Below, in pieces: positions 26,880 through 38,650 of a stretch of 64,000 nucleotides of DNA. The position numbers and the translations under genes were made by a program. The stretch spans positions 129,766,001 to 129,830,000 of the forward strand of contig NC_042999.1 in NCBI RefSeq assembly GCF_006345805.1. Direction: 5' to 3'. Under the pieces are notes generated by a model. The model did no database searches. It was not told the DNA's origin and saw only the letters and a list, made by a program, of their open reading frames with translations. The stretch's first letter is position 1; each line of letters starts with the position of its first letter. This stretch comes from Octopus sinensis. Lineage: Eukaryota.

Positions 26880-27970
26880 TTGACTACATAGTTGAGTGGC
26901 TGGTGAGAGCTGTACAAGCCATGTAGGTATGTCATCAGTAAAATGAAAGTTGGCACTGTGTATAGCAATGAATTTAGTGTATCAGAATCCTCCAGGCTAT
27001 CACAGAATACTGGCTGCCCTTGAGAATTCCTCTGTGCTGATGACTTTGTCCTTATAGCTGAATCACTACCTGACCTAGAGAAGAAATTTCAGGTGTGAAA
27101 GCAAGGCCTGCAATCAAAGAGCCTTAGGGTTAATTTAGCAAAAACCAAAGTCCTAGTAAGTAGGGAAACAGACAAATCACAAGTCTCTTCAGGGAGATGG
27201 CCCTACTCAGTATGTAAGAAGGGTGTTGGTAGAAGCTCCATACATTGTACCCAGTGCAAGCTTTGGACACTTAAGTAGTGTAGCAGTGTCACAGGAATGT
27301 TAACAGAAAATATAGTCTTCGTGTGTGACAAATGTGCTGGTAAATACAAGCACTGAAAATGCATAGACAATAGACCCCTCAATTGCTGAGGGTGATCATT
27401 AGAAGTAGTAGATAGTTTCTGTTACCTAGGAGACCTAGTTAGCAGTGGTGGAGGAAGTTCTGAAAGTATAGTTGTTAGAATAAGAATGGGCTGGACAAAG
27501 TTCAGAGAGCTTCTACCTTTTTTGATAACTAAGAGCCTCTCCCTCAGAGTGAAACGCAGATTGTATGATGCCTGTGTACATACAGCTATGCTACATGGCA
27601 GTGAAACATGGGCTTTGACTACAGAGGACTTGCAGAGGCTTGTTACAAATGAAGCTAGCATGCTCCAATGGATGGATAATGTCAGTGTGCACACACGACA
27701 GAGTGTAAATCATTTAAGAGGAAAACTGGGTATAAGAGGTATCAGATGTTGTGTGCAAGAGAGAAGACTGTGCTGGTTTGGTCATGTGATGCACATGGAT
27801 GAGGACAGCTGTGTAAATATGTGCTGAGCTCTAATTGTGGAGGGAACCTGTGGAAGGGGTAGACCCAGGAAGACATGGAACAAATTGGTGAGAAAGGATC
27901 CTTGGATGCTGGACCTCACTGAGGAAATTACGAGGAACCAGGGATTGTGATTTGCTGTACTTGATAAGAC
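26880..27970 (+). mobile_element. RTE LINE 3' portion
   Basis: GCP.EFLCADD, MGWTKFRELLP, MLHGSETWAL and RRLCWFGHV motifs. Confidence 0.88.
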
Positions 27971-28419
27971 ACATCAAGCTAAGTAAAATTGCTGTCTTCT
28001 ATACATACAGGCTTGTCCTTCCAGGTGCCAGTTCCACATAAAAAGCATCCATGCCAGTGCTGCATAAATGCACCCATGCCAGTGGCACGTACAAAGCAGA
28101 CAGCACACTCAGTTAAGTGGTTAGCATTAGGAGAGACGTCTAGCCATAGAAACTATGCCACAACAGGCAGTCGGAGTTTGAACAGCTTCCCAGCTGGCCA
28201 GTTCCATGTCAAACCGTCCAACCCATGCCAGCATGGTAAACTGGTGATGATGATGACGTACATACATACATAAACACACAATGATGATGATAATTATGTA
28301 TAGATATATATATATGTATAAGGAGAAAAACAATTAGTTTTAAATCTCGGAGTGAGAAATAAGTAGTAACATTACTACAGAGTAAAATCTATTTGCCAAC
28401 ATAAAGTGGAAATTCTGAT

Positions 28420-30050
28420 TAGGATGGTATTACTACCTTTTTCTGGCTGGCTACCAACGCACAATAATAAGGATGCAGTTGTGCATCGGCAGCCAGCTGG
28501 AAAAGATGTTTCCCTGGGGCTAAAAATGGTAGTAACATCTTCATAATCAGGACTGTCACTTTACATTGGCAAATAGACTTTACTCTGCATATATACATAT
28601 AGACTACCCTACAAAACACCCTAACCAAAAATTACCAGTACTAGATACAGAACTCTGGCTGGAAAGTGTAAATAATAAAACCCAAATCCTCCATTCACAC
28701 TATGCAAAACCTATGGCCTCCAAATACCTGATCCACCAGAACTCAGCTATCACAGACAATGCCAAATTCAATATATTGATGGCAGACCTCATCAGAGTAA
28801 TGAGAAATGTGTCCTGCATGTGCAACCCTACAGAGTTAAAGAGACACATTCAACACTTCGTTCATTGTATGCAGTTCTCAAGATACAGCCATAAAGAAAG
28901 GATCAGAGTATATAAAGGAGCCATGAGGAAATTTGAAACTATCATACATAACAATAGGAATGGGATTTGCCCACTTTGTAGGAGCAAGTCATGGAATACC
29001 ATTGAAAGGACTAAGAAGAAAATAGAGAATGCCAATTCATGGTATGATAGCCACAAATACCAGAGTGTCATGTTCATTGACACCACCCCTAGAGGCAAAT
29101 TGGCGTACTGCTTTAGAAGAGCCCTTGACAAAATTAAGGTTGTAGAAAGGCCAGGTAACCCTATCAAATCCCTAATCGGTAGAACCTACTCTTTTAATAG
29201 AACCCCCTGCACTGATAGGAACTGTATTGTATGTAGATTTAGCCCACGAACAAACTGTAAAGCTAGGAATGTAGTCTATAGTTTAAGATGTACAGAGGGA
29301 CGGTGCAGAAATAAGACAATGACATATATAGGGGAGACAGCATGGAGCATAGGAAAGAGGGTAAATGAGCATTGGAGGGAACTTAAGGAAGAGAAGGGCT
29401 CATCAGTTCTTTACCAGCATGCCGAGTGGGAACACGGCCACTCACTCAACAACATAGAAGTTAAAACCTTGTCCACACATAGAATGGACACAACACTTAG
29501 ACAAATTACGGAAGCCTAAATAGAAAGCTAGAATGGAATATTAGCACACACCCCCCACACACAACAACCTATGACAGAATAAGATACTCATAAACTAATA
29601 ATAATATGAAACTAATACAATAGACAGGTAAATAAATGGAATTAAATAATTATATACATAAACAAAATATAATAAATTAAATTAAATTGATACAAAAAAG
29701 AAAGAAACAAAAAAGTAAGTAGATAAAAACAAATGAATAAAATAAAAGTAAATTAAACAAACTTGAATAAACAGGGGGTACTGATAATGCAGGTACTATA
29801 CACATTCCTACACACACACTTGCTAAACATAGACACACAGAGGGATATACGCAAACGCAAATACAACAGGAGTACAAAATGGCAGATCATTAGGAAGGAG
29901 AGACACAAAAAAGAAAGAAAGCAAAGGACCACTGATGAGGTCACAGAAGTGAGATGAAAGAACTCTGGCCGAAATACAATTAATATGAGATAAAGCTGAA
30001 GCAAGTGAATATCAAATATATAGTGTGTGTGTTTTTATTGGTTAAACTGA
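28420..30050 (+). mobile_element. Penelope-like retroelement, 5'-truncated, with RT C-terminus, GIY-YIG endonuclease and 3' pLTR-like region
   Basis: ORF 28566-29519 has DYPTKHPNQKLPVLD, NVVYSLRC and YIGETAWSIGKRVNEH. A hammerhead core follows at 29932. Confidence 0.9.
29928..29988 (+). ncRNA. Hammerhead core in the Penelope pLTR, partly decayed
   Basis: CUGAUGA-GGUCA...UGGCC-GAAA is intact, but stems I and III are degenerate. Confidence 0.5.
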
Positions 30051-30563
30051 CAACATGACCATCCTCAAATGTAACAACATATATATATATATATATATAT
30101 GTGATGGAATCTCTTGTTGAAGATGATATTTGAGTGTTCAGCTTTTTTACCAAACAACCTGCACAAATGATTTGTTTTTATAGTGATCAAATGTATGTGC
30201 CATACATTAGTTCACTCCCTCAATGAACTCGATATTGCCTGAACAGGTGTCGATTGTAGAGCAACATGAGATGGAGTGTTTTTTGCTCAAGAACACAATG
30301 CACCACCTGGTCTAGGAATTGAAACCACAATCTCACGATTATGAATTCGACACCCTAACTAATAGGCCATGCACCTCCCCACACACACACACATATCTTA
30401 TATTGATGAGACTATTTTCATTCAATTTAAAACAGAGATGCAAGTATTCCATATCACAGATATTTTTATTAACTATATCTGATTTCTTAACATAAAAATA
30501 CTGTTTGTATTTTGCTTGAAATTTTGATTCTCTATTTGTTGACATCACTAAATCTGCTTCTAG

Positions 30564-30712
30564 GTGAATCTGACTTGCACAAGAAATTGCAAGACGCAGA
30601 AGAAATACATGAACTTCAGACTGAAAATAACCAACTCAACTTGTTAATTTTGAAACTAAGGGCAATCAACATCTGGAATCGAAACTTTAATCAAGCTAAT
30701 TATATGAGGGCA
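30564..30712 (+). CDS. CCDC162: CCDC162-like exon (ESDLHKKLQDAEEIHELQTENNQL...ANYMRA)
   Basis: cttctag acceptor, GTTAGT donor, phases 1->0. Confidence 0.88.
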
Positions 30713-31235
30713 GTTAGTATTCATTCATCTTTCCATTCATTCATTTATTTGATCAACATTACCATCATCATCATTATTATATTTATCTTTTACTTGTTTC
30801 AGTCATTAGAATGTGGTAATGCTGGGGCACTGCCTTGAAGAATTTTTAGTCAAACAAATTGACCTCTGTACATTTCTTTAAGCCTGGTGCTTATTCTATT
30901 GGTTGCGTTTGCTGAACTGCTGAAACACAAGCACCAAAACACACACAAATATATACACACACACACGCATGACAGACTTCTTTCAGTTTCTGTCAACCAA
31001 ATCCACTCACAAGGCTTTGGTCAGCTTGAGGCTGTAGTAGAGGACACTTATCCAAGGTGCCATGCCCGTGTCTATTGTAATATGTATAATTACTCCAAAT
31101 GTTGCTAATGTAGTTATAACAGCTGTTTCTAATAATGCCATTTCAGTTTTGTTGTACCAATGTAACAACAGTGAATTTCTCTTCTGTACAAGTTTGAAGA
31201 AAAGAAAGTAATATTAAGTAGTTAAGACATTTATA

Positions 31236-31830
31236 TTGATATTATCTCCATTTGCTCAAAGAGCATTGAGTGATGTGGGTTCTCCAAGCAGTGCCTTTCT
31301 GGACCAATCTGCATCCCTCTTCCCAGGTAACACCCATCTCAGTCAACTCTTCCTGCACAGTCCTTTGCTATATCTTTGCCAGCCTGCCTCTCTTTCTCCT
31401 TCCTTCTTTAACTGTCCACTCAATGGCTGTCTTGCTGGTGTTTCCAATGTTAAGGGCATTACATGGTCAAGCAGCTTCCTTCATCTAGCTGTGATGGTAT
31501 CTTGTAGTTTAGTTAGGCCAGCTCTTTTCATGATTTCATTGTTTGTGATGTGGTCATACTAAGGCACTGGCAATGAAAAACATTCACCATATTGCAAATC
31601 ATGTCCATCTATTTCCATGTTTCATTTGCATTTGATGCTATAGGAATGACAATAGATGCATGTAGACAAAGTCTAATATCTTGGTGAATGTAAGAGCAGG
31701 GCCACATGAGTCTCAATCATTGGAAGGCTGCCATTGCTGTACCAAGTCTAGTCTTGACATCAATTTCTGCTTTTCCATTTTTGCCATTGTTACTGCCTAG
31801 GTATATAAAAGAATTGAAAAATTTAATATT
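31236..31830 (-). mobile_element. LINE RT 3' fragment
   Basis: NSFIYLGS and DVKTRLGTAMAAF remnants. Confidence 0.7.
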
Positions 31831-32673
31831 TTGTCCACCAAGAAGGCAACAAACTGGCAGAATTATTAGCGTGCCAAGTAAAATGCTTAGCAGCATTTCA
31901 TTCATTTTTATGTTCTGAGTTCAAATTCCGCTGAGGTCAATTTTGTCTTTTGTTCTTTCAGGATCAATAAAATAACTATCAATTGAGCACTAGGGATGAT
32001 GTAATTGACTTAACCCCTCCCCCAAAATTGCTAGTCTTGTGCCAAAAATTTGAAACTAATATTTTATCCACTGAGTTTGATGGGTTTGGGTTGGTTTTTT
32101 ACCTATGTATAAGGCTTTTCTCTTTTGGCAACTGATACAGAGACCGCATACATAACATAGCTATATAGATGAAGAAACACATGCTTGTACATTTATATGT
32201 CTACTCACATATACAAATGTACACTCCCAGAAACAACATAAGTGAAAGAAAAGGAAGAAATTATTTTCAGATCAGAGGCTTGGCCCAAATGTTTAATGCA
32301 GAGTGAACTCTGCTAAAGGGATCTAAGGACCGAGTAGTGGTGTTAGACCAGGTAACAAATTATCTGTATCACTGTTGAAAGAAATAGTCTGTTGGAATAT
32401 TATTATAAAACAATCATTATAAAACAGACCAATAGTCAAAGATATTTCAGCTGTAATCATCCTGATCAACCCATCATTGTTTCAGAGAGTGTCCTTAAGA
32501 CTACATTATTCAGTGAACCATTTCATTTTTATGATGTTAGTGTATTATTAGAAGATTTCACTAAGCTAGCACACTCCAAACTTTGTAGGTGCAATCTCGT
32601 GGTCATTCATGACTGAAGGGGGGTCTTTACTCTTTTTATTTGAGGATGAAAGATTGCATTTTATTTATTGAAG

Positions 32674-32844
32674 ATAAATTCCCTAATCAAAGAAGTGGAA
32701 AGCCTAAAGAAAACAAACGTTGAATTAAAGCTAATAACATCTGAAGAATCAAGAATATTAAAACAACAATTAGTTGTCCTCAGGAAAGAATTATCCATTT
32801 TAGTCCAAGAATGTTCTTCAGTCAAAAATCAACTCAATGCAGAG
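32674..32844 (+). CDS. CCDC162: CCDC162-like exon (INSLIKEVESLKK...VKNQLNAE)
   Basis: ttgaag acceptor, GAG|GTAAGA donor, 57 codons of coiled coil. Confidence 0.88.
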
Positions 32845-32915
32845 GTAAGAATTTTGTATATTATAAATTATTATTAAGTTTTCTTCAAAAGGAGGTTTCT
32901 ATAAACAGCTTTTTA

Positions 32916-34155
32916 TTGGGTTGGCAAGAAAGTAATTTCGTTTTTCACTAATAGATAGAGTTACGATGCTTTTGTATGACTTTTGTCAATGTTATGATTT
33001 TTTCCTTTTGACATTTGATAGCTGTTATTTCTAGTTTACTTTAGAAGCAAATTGCATGCAATTTTGTTTACAGTTGTTAGTTCAGTGTCACTTTTAAAAT
33101 CAAGTGCAAAAAAGAACATTTTCACCATATTTTGCTTTTTTATTTCCATAAAGGCAAAAGAAGCTGCTGAGGCTCACAAAGAGACATGTGAAGTTTATGG
33201 TGTTGATTGCTTAACAGAACACACATGTCAGAAGTGGTTTTTAAAATTCTGTTCTATTCAATCTACTGAAGCTGATGTTGACCAAATCAAAGCCTGATTG
33301 TCATATAACTGTGCAAAAGATTGCAGAGAGGCTAACTGTACCATACACAGCAATTGAAAATCACTTAGACTTAAGAAGCTCAATATTTGGGTTCCACATA
33401 AATTGAAACCCAATGAATCAATATTTATGCATCTCATATCGCAATGAATCAATATTTACGATACACATCTCAAATGCAATGAAATTAACCTGTTTTTGGA
33501 ATGAATCATCACTGGTGATGAAAAATGGATTGTCTACAAAAACATTAATCAAAAAGATCATGGTCCAAACATAATGAACCAACACAAACCACATGGAAAG
33601 CTGAATTGCATCAAAAACAGGTCATGCTGTCAATTTGATGGGATTATAAAGATGTTGTGTATTTTGAGTTGCTTCTAAGGAACCAAACAATCAATTCAGA
33701 TGTTTACTGTGAACAACTAATGAAACTGGAGTAAGCAATCAAAGAAAAACGGCCAGAATTGGCAAATTGTAAAGGAAGTGTGTTCCACCATGACAATGCT
33801 GGACCACACACATCTTTGCTAACTCATGAAAGATTATTGGAGCTGGGTTGGGAAGTGATGTCACATCTACCATACAGCCCTGACTTTGCACCATCAGATT
33901 ACCATTTATTTCAAAGTTTGCAAAATTCTTTGAATGGTAAAACTTTCTATAATGATGATGACCTGAAATCGTACTTTCTTCAGTTTTTGGCTGATAAGAA
34001 GTATTATGAGTGTGGAATCATGAAATTGCCAGAAAGATGGCAAAAGGTCATCAAATAAAATGAAAAATATATAATTGATTAAAGTTCATTCTTTGTATGA
34101 AAAAATTACTTTTATTTCACACTAAAACACCGAAATTACTTTCTTGCTACCTCAA
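32916..34155 (+). mobile_element. Mariner transposon, decayed (Hsmar1-like TIR)
   Basis: TIRs TTGGGTTGGCAAGAAAGTAATTTCG / CGAAATTACTTTCTTGCTACCTCAA flanked by TA. HDNAGPH and YSPDFAPSDYHLF motifs in ORF 33759-34058. Confidence 0.92.
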
Positions 34156-36196
34156 TATATTGTATCTGGGTTTGAATATCAATAAACAGCATGCAGTAAG
34201 AAAAATGAGTACTGGGTTGTGTTCATATTTTATCATTTATTATGTGCTGTAGAAAAATATACATTCAGTGCATGGTAAACAAAACTGCTGGGATTTATTT
34301 ACATTCTCTACTGGTTAATAAACTTCTGTAGCTATGACAAGCTGTGCTAATCATTATGAAAAGTATATATGATAGGAAGCTTCAGTGTTCTCCATGTTTG
34401 TGGAGAAATTATATACATATATATATATATACATTTTCATGCATGCGTGTAAGAGAGAGTACACGAGAAAGAGAGAGATGGGGGGATGTGCGTGCATGCA
34501 TGTGTCTGTGTGTGCATGTGTTTTGTACATATATACAGTGTGGAAAGAAAATATACATACTGTATCATTAGTGGAAATTTGGCTATGAAAAGGTCCAGGT
34601 TGTTGTATTGTTTCTGTGTGTGTGGCTGTAGAGTTGTGCTTGTTTTCCTTTCTATTTGTCAAACTAGGATATGATTGCTGAGAAAAACAAAAAGGTAGTT
34701 AATCTTTACTTGTTAAACCTCTCTGTGTGGCCAGAGATGCCTGTTAATATAGCATCCGTTTAAGTTGTTCATTAGTCTATATGGTGATGGCACTTCTTCA
34801 GCTGATGAAGTAAGTGAAATAATTGATTAATCCAGAAGGTGATGACATGGAGATCTTTGCTGCTGCTAGTGTATCTGGATTGATGAATGGCTATTGTGCC
34901 ACTTGATTGACCTGAAAGTTAATTTTATAATAAAGCCTATTGATGCCAAGTTTTTATTGTTTGACAGTTATTGAGAAAATCAAACTGCCAATTTGTGAAT
35001 CTACTTTTTGAAGCACTAGACTCCCATGATTATAACACCATGCAATATTCACTGTATTAGTTACCTCTTAGATTACTGTTCACAAAAAAGAAAAGAAATC
35101 AATACCTGCTTTTGAAGTGGTGAATGTTTCTACTGCACACAACAGAATCCAGCTGGCTAGTGTACTGATCATCTCAGTCTAGTTTCCATGACCACTGATG
35201 AAGTAACAGGAGTATTATTGATGCTTGGTGTAGTGCCTGTAAAGTCTGACAATCATTTCTAAATGATGATGACATCAGCACATCTGTCGATGAAGTCAGT
35301 GGATTAGTTGACCAGTCCAAGAGGTGTTGATAGTCACATCTGTTGATAAAGTAGGCACTCTGATAGAGTGCTCCAGAAGGTGATGACACAAGAATGTCTC
35401 TTAATGTCTGCGTATCAGAGCATATGAATGCATGTTGTGCCATTTGATTTAATCTAAAAGGTAATCATATAGGATATAGGCATGCCTGTTTATGCCAACT
35501 TGTCTGGTATTGGCATAGTTGTTGACAAAAATATACTGCCAATTTGTTGACCATATGCCACGAATATAACCTGAGGTACATGCTACATATTTTATCTTTT
35601 ACTTGTTTCAGACTGTGACCTTGCTGGGACACTGCCTTGGAGAATTTTTTAGTCAAACACAGCAACCCCAATACTTATTATTTTTTTGTAAAGCCTGGTA
35701 CTCATTTTGTTGGACTCTTTTGCCAAACTACTAAGTTATGAGCACATAAACACTTCAACACAGGTTGTCAAGCAGTGGTGGGGGACAAACACAAAGACAA
35801 ACACACACACACACACATATACAATGGGCTCCTTTCAGTTTCCATCTACCAAATCCACCCACAAGGTTTTGGTTAACCTGAAGCTATAGTAGAAGACACA
35901 TGCCCAAGGTGCCACCTAGTGGGGCTGAACCCAGAACCATATGGTTAAGAAAGAAACTTCTTACCAAACAACCATGCCTCTGTCCATTTGTTCGTATGCA
36001 AAACATATAAAGATGTATTCTTTAAATTGATCTTAACTCAATGATCAAATGATTAAAGTTATTAGGAATACCTTTTAACAGTCCTTAGTTACAGTGATAA
36101 TGTCTTAAATGTGATTTTTGCATTCTAGGAACTTCCTTAAATAAATTGTACATAGTGTTGTCTAGACAGGATGATAAATGTTTTTATTAACTCTAG

Positions 36197-36292
36197 CTAA
36201 ATGAAAAGGAAGAGAATATGTACACGTTACAACAGAACAATCAGTTCAAGCACCATATAGAACTATTCAAGCAGGAACAGATAGATAACTTG
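36197..36292 (+). CDS. CCDC162: CCDC162-like exon (LNEKEENMYTLQQ...EQIDNL)
   Basis: ctctag acceptor, GTAAGT donor, 32 codons. Confidence 0.88.
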
Positions 36293-36852
36293 GTAAGTCT
36301 GAGTTTTAATTTGTTTGGTAGGGAATATAGAAGTTTGATTTGCAATTATCATTTCATTTTCACTTTTATGTTTTCATTCTACACTTCATCATCATCCTCA
36401 TCATCCACTTTTCCATGCTTGCATGTGTCAGACAGAATCTTTAATACAAGATTGACAATTTAAATTTTTTGAAATAATAATTTCATCATTTCTGTATTTG
36501 TCTGCTACACACTGTTTTGATCAGTTGGATTACTGATTCTCTTCTGTTATCTTATATTTACATTTTAGAAGTATGTTTATGTGGAAATATAGAGTACCTA
36601 GATATGCTTAGAATTTGAACTGATCAAAATGTAGTTAGTGTAGCAGATGAAATCCATTTTCAAAAATCTTTTTAAGTTGTAATAACAGTAACTCAGCTTA
36701 CAAATGCATCCAATTAATGTAAAACTTGATGAAAATGTATTGCAAACAGAATAGAATTGAACTTCAAAACTGCAACAATTGTCTTTGCTAAATTCTTATA
36801 ATTTTTATTCCCCTCAAAACTATTGCTGCACTGTTTTCATTCACACTAACAG

Positions 36853-37041
36853 GAACAGGAGTTAAAAAAGAAAAATAATGAGCTGAAACTTCTCGGTGAA
36901 AGTTATAACCGTGTTGTCAACTGGACTGAAGGAAGTAGTCAAGTATCTCAAAAAAGCCTAAGCAATATAAAGAAATCACTTAGACAGGAGAGGACACTGA
37001 AGAAAATGGCATTTCAAAAAGTTGATATGTTACGCACCTTG
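36853..37041 (+). CDS. CCDC162: CCDC162-like exon (EQELKKKNNEL...LRQERTLKKMAFQKVDMLRTL)
   Basis: taacag acceptor, GTTAGT donor, 63 codons. It resembles the recalled CCDC162 segment LAQERSVKLDALQR. Confidence 0.9.
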
Positions 37042-37089
37042 GTTAGTAAATTTATGTATAAATTTAAAATATTTCCTTGGGAAGTGGTT

Positions 37090-37995
37090 TACCAGTCAAT
37101 AGGATGTCAAAGAATAATCTGAGTGATTCATATCAAAAATGCCACTTTAAGTCCATGACCAAATCACTTAAATCTCAAATAGATGTTGTAAACTTGTCGT
37201 TCTAAGAAGCAATAGCACTGCAAAAAAAATGAAAAGTGGTTCATTAGCTTGTAACATTACCTCTGCCTCACATTCAACTATTTCTGTGTTACACTGGCCA
37301 CAAAGGGGACATGTGAGGTTAATTCTGCATGAGCATCCTGCTTCTCTCTCAGATGGGGATCTACCACAGCTAAAAGAAGCTCTTAAATTAGCATGCATTT
37401 TGTATCAAAAGCCTATATGAGAGTTTTGCTTATGGTATCTACCACAGTAAAGTTTGTTCTAACTGAACATACATGCTTAAGTGGAAATAAATATTACATT
37501 TTGGTATTAATGCTGCCTCTGTCACTAATATATATCTCTTAAAATGCATCTATTAAAAATTTTACAAAGCCTATACATTCAAGGAAAGTGTTTACCCACT
37601 AAGCTAAGGAAGATCTTAGCCACACAAGTTTCTCTTGGGGAAGAGAGAGCACAACACTTTCTGGTAGCATTTTCTCCTAGCGAGGTTAGGGTTGGGCTGA
37701 CAGAAACTCATTATAGTATGGGGCAACAACATTGAAAATCTCTTTACTGCTGACCTCCTTCGCTAGGTTCCAGAACACTGCAGCTGGATGACAAGAAGCT
37801 CTCTTAATGTTGCCAGCCTCTCATTTAGCTCCCTAAATGGCCTATAGGCACCAGATTCTAAGTCCAAAGTTACATCAAGGAAATCAACTGTCTTCAGGAG
37901 GGTTTCAATTGTGATCTTGAGACCAAGAAAATTCATGGTGTGAGCAAGGTCCTTCCTAAGCTTATCAAGTGTGTAACCATCCTGCCTCAATATTG
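37090..37995 (-). mobile_element. Penelope-like element remnant (RT thumb and GIY-YIG), decayed
   Basis: LGLKITIETLLKTVDFLDVTLDL and CSCR...CPLCGQC remnants in ORFs 37763-38014 and 37168-37398. Confidence 0.75.
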
Positions 37996-38577
37996 ATTTC
38001 AAATCTTGGCACAATGCCAGAATTTTGCAAGGAGAAAATAAGTCAGTTACATAGATCTCAGTGTTTCACTAGTACTTAATTTATCAACCACGAAAGGATG
38101 AAAGGCAAAGTCGACCACAACAGAATTTGAACTCTGAATGTAAAGATAGACGAAATGCTGATAATCATTTTACCCAGTGTGCTAACGATTCTACCAGCTC
38201 ACTGATTTACACCACTTCAGTATTGCCAAAGCATTGTCTCTCCAGAGACCAAAGCTGGTTGAGGGGCCAAGGGACATAAATCTTGATAATTCCCTCAATT
38301 ATCTCCTGCAACTTTCATCTACTTCACAACACCTACAAATTGAATGTGATACTTCCGCACCTCCAGTAACAGAGAGCAGTTTCCATATTACCATACCTGC
38401 CACCTCTAAATAGCACAAATATTAGATAATTTCCCAGTTATATAATATCGTCTGTAAAGCCAACCGGCAAAATCAACTGTGATAGATCTATGGTACTGTA
38501 AATTCTGATTAATATGTGTGTGTGTGTATGTGCATGTATGTACAAAACGCATTTATAGTTGTGTCTTTTATTTTTAG

Positions 38578-38650
38578 GTTGAAAACCAAGCCTGGAGAAT
38601 TGCTACACCTATTCAACAGAGATCTGAACCTGTCACACCTTCGTATGGTT
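38578..38650 (+). CDS. CCDC162: CCDC162-like exon (VENQAWRIATPIQQRSEPVTPSYG)
   Basis: tttttag acceptor, GTAAGT donor, phases 0->1. Confidence 0.82.
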
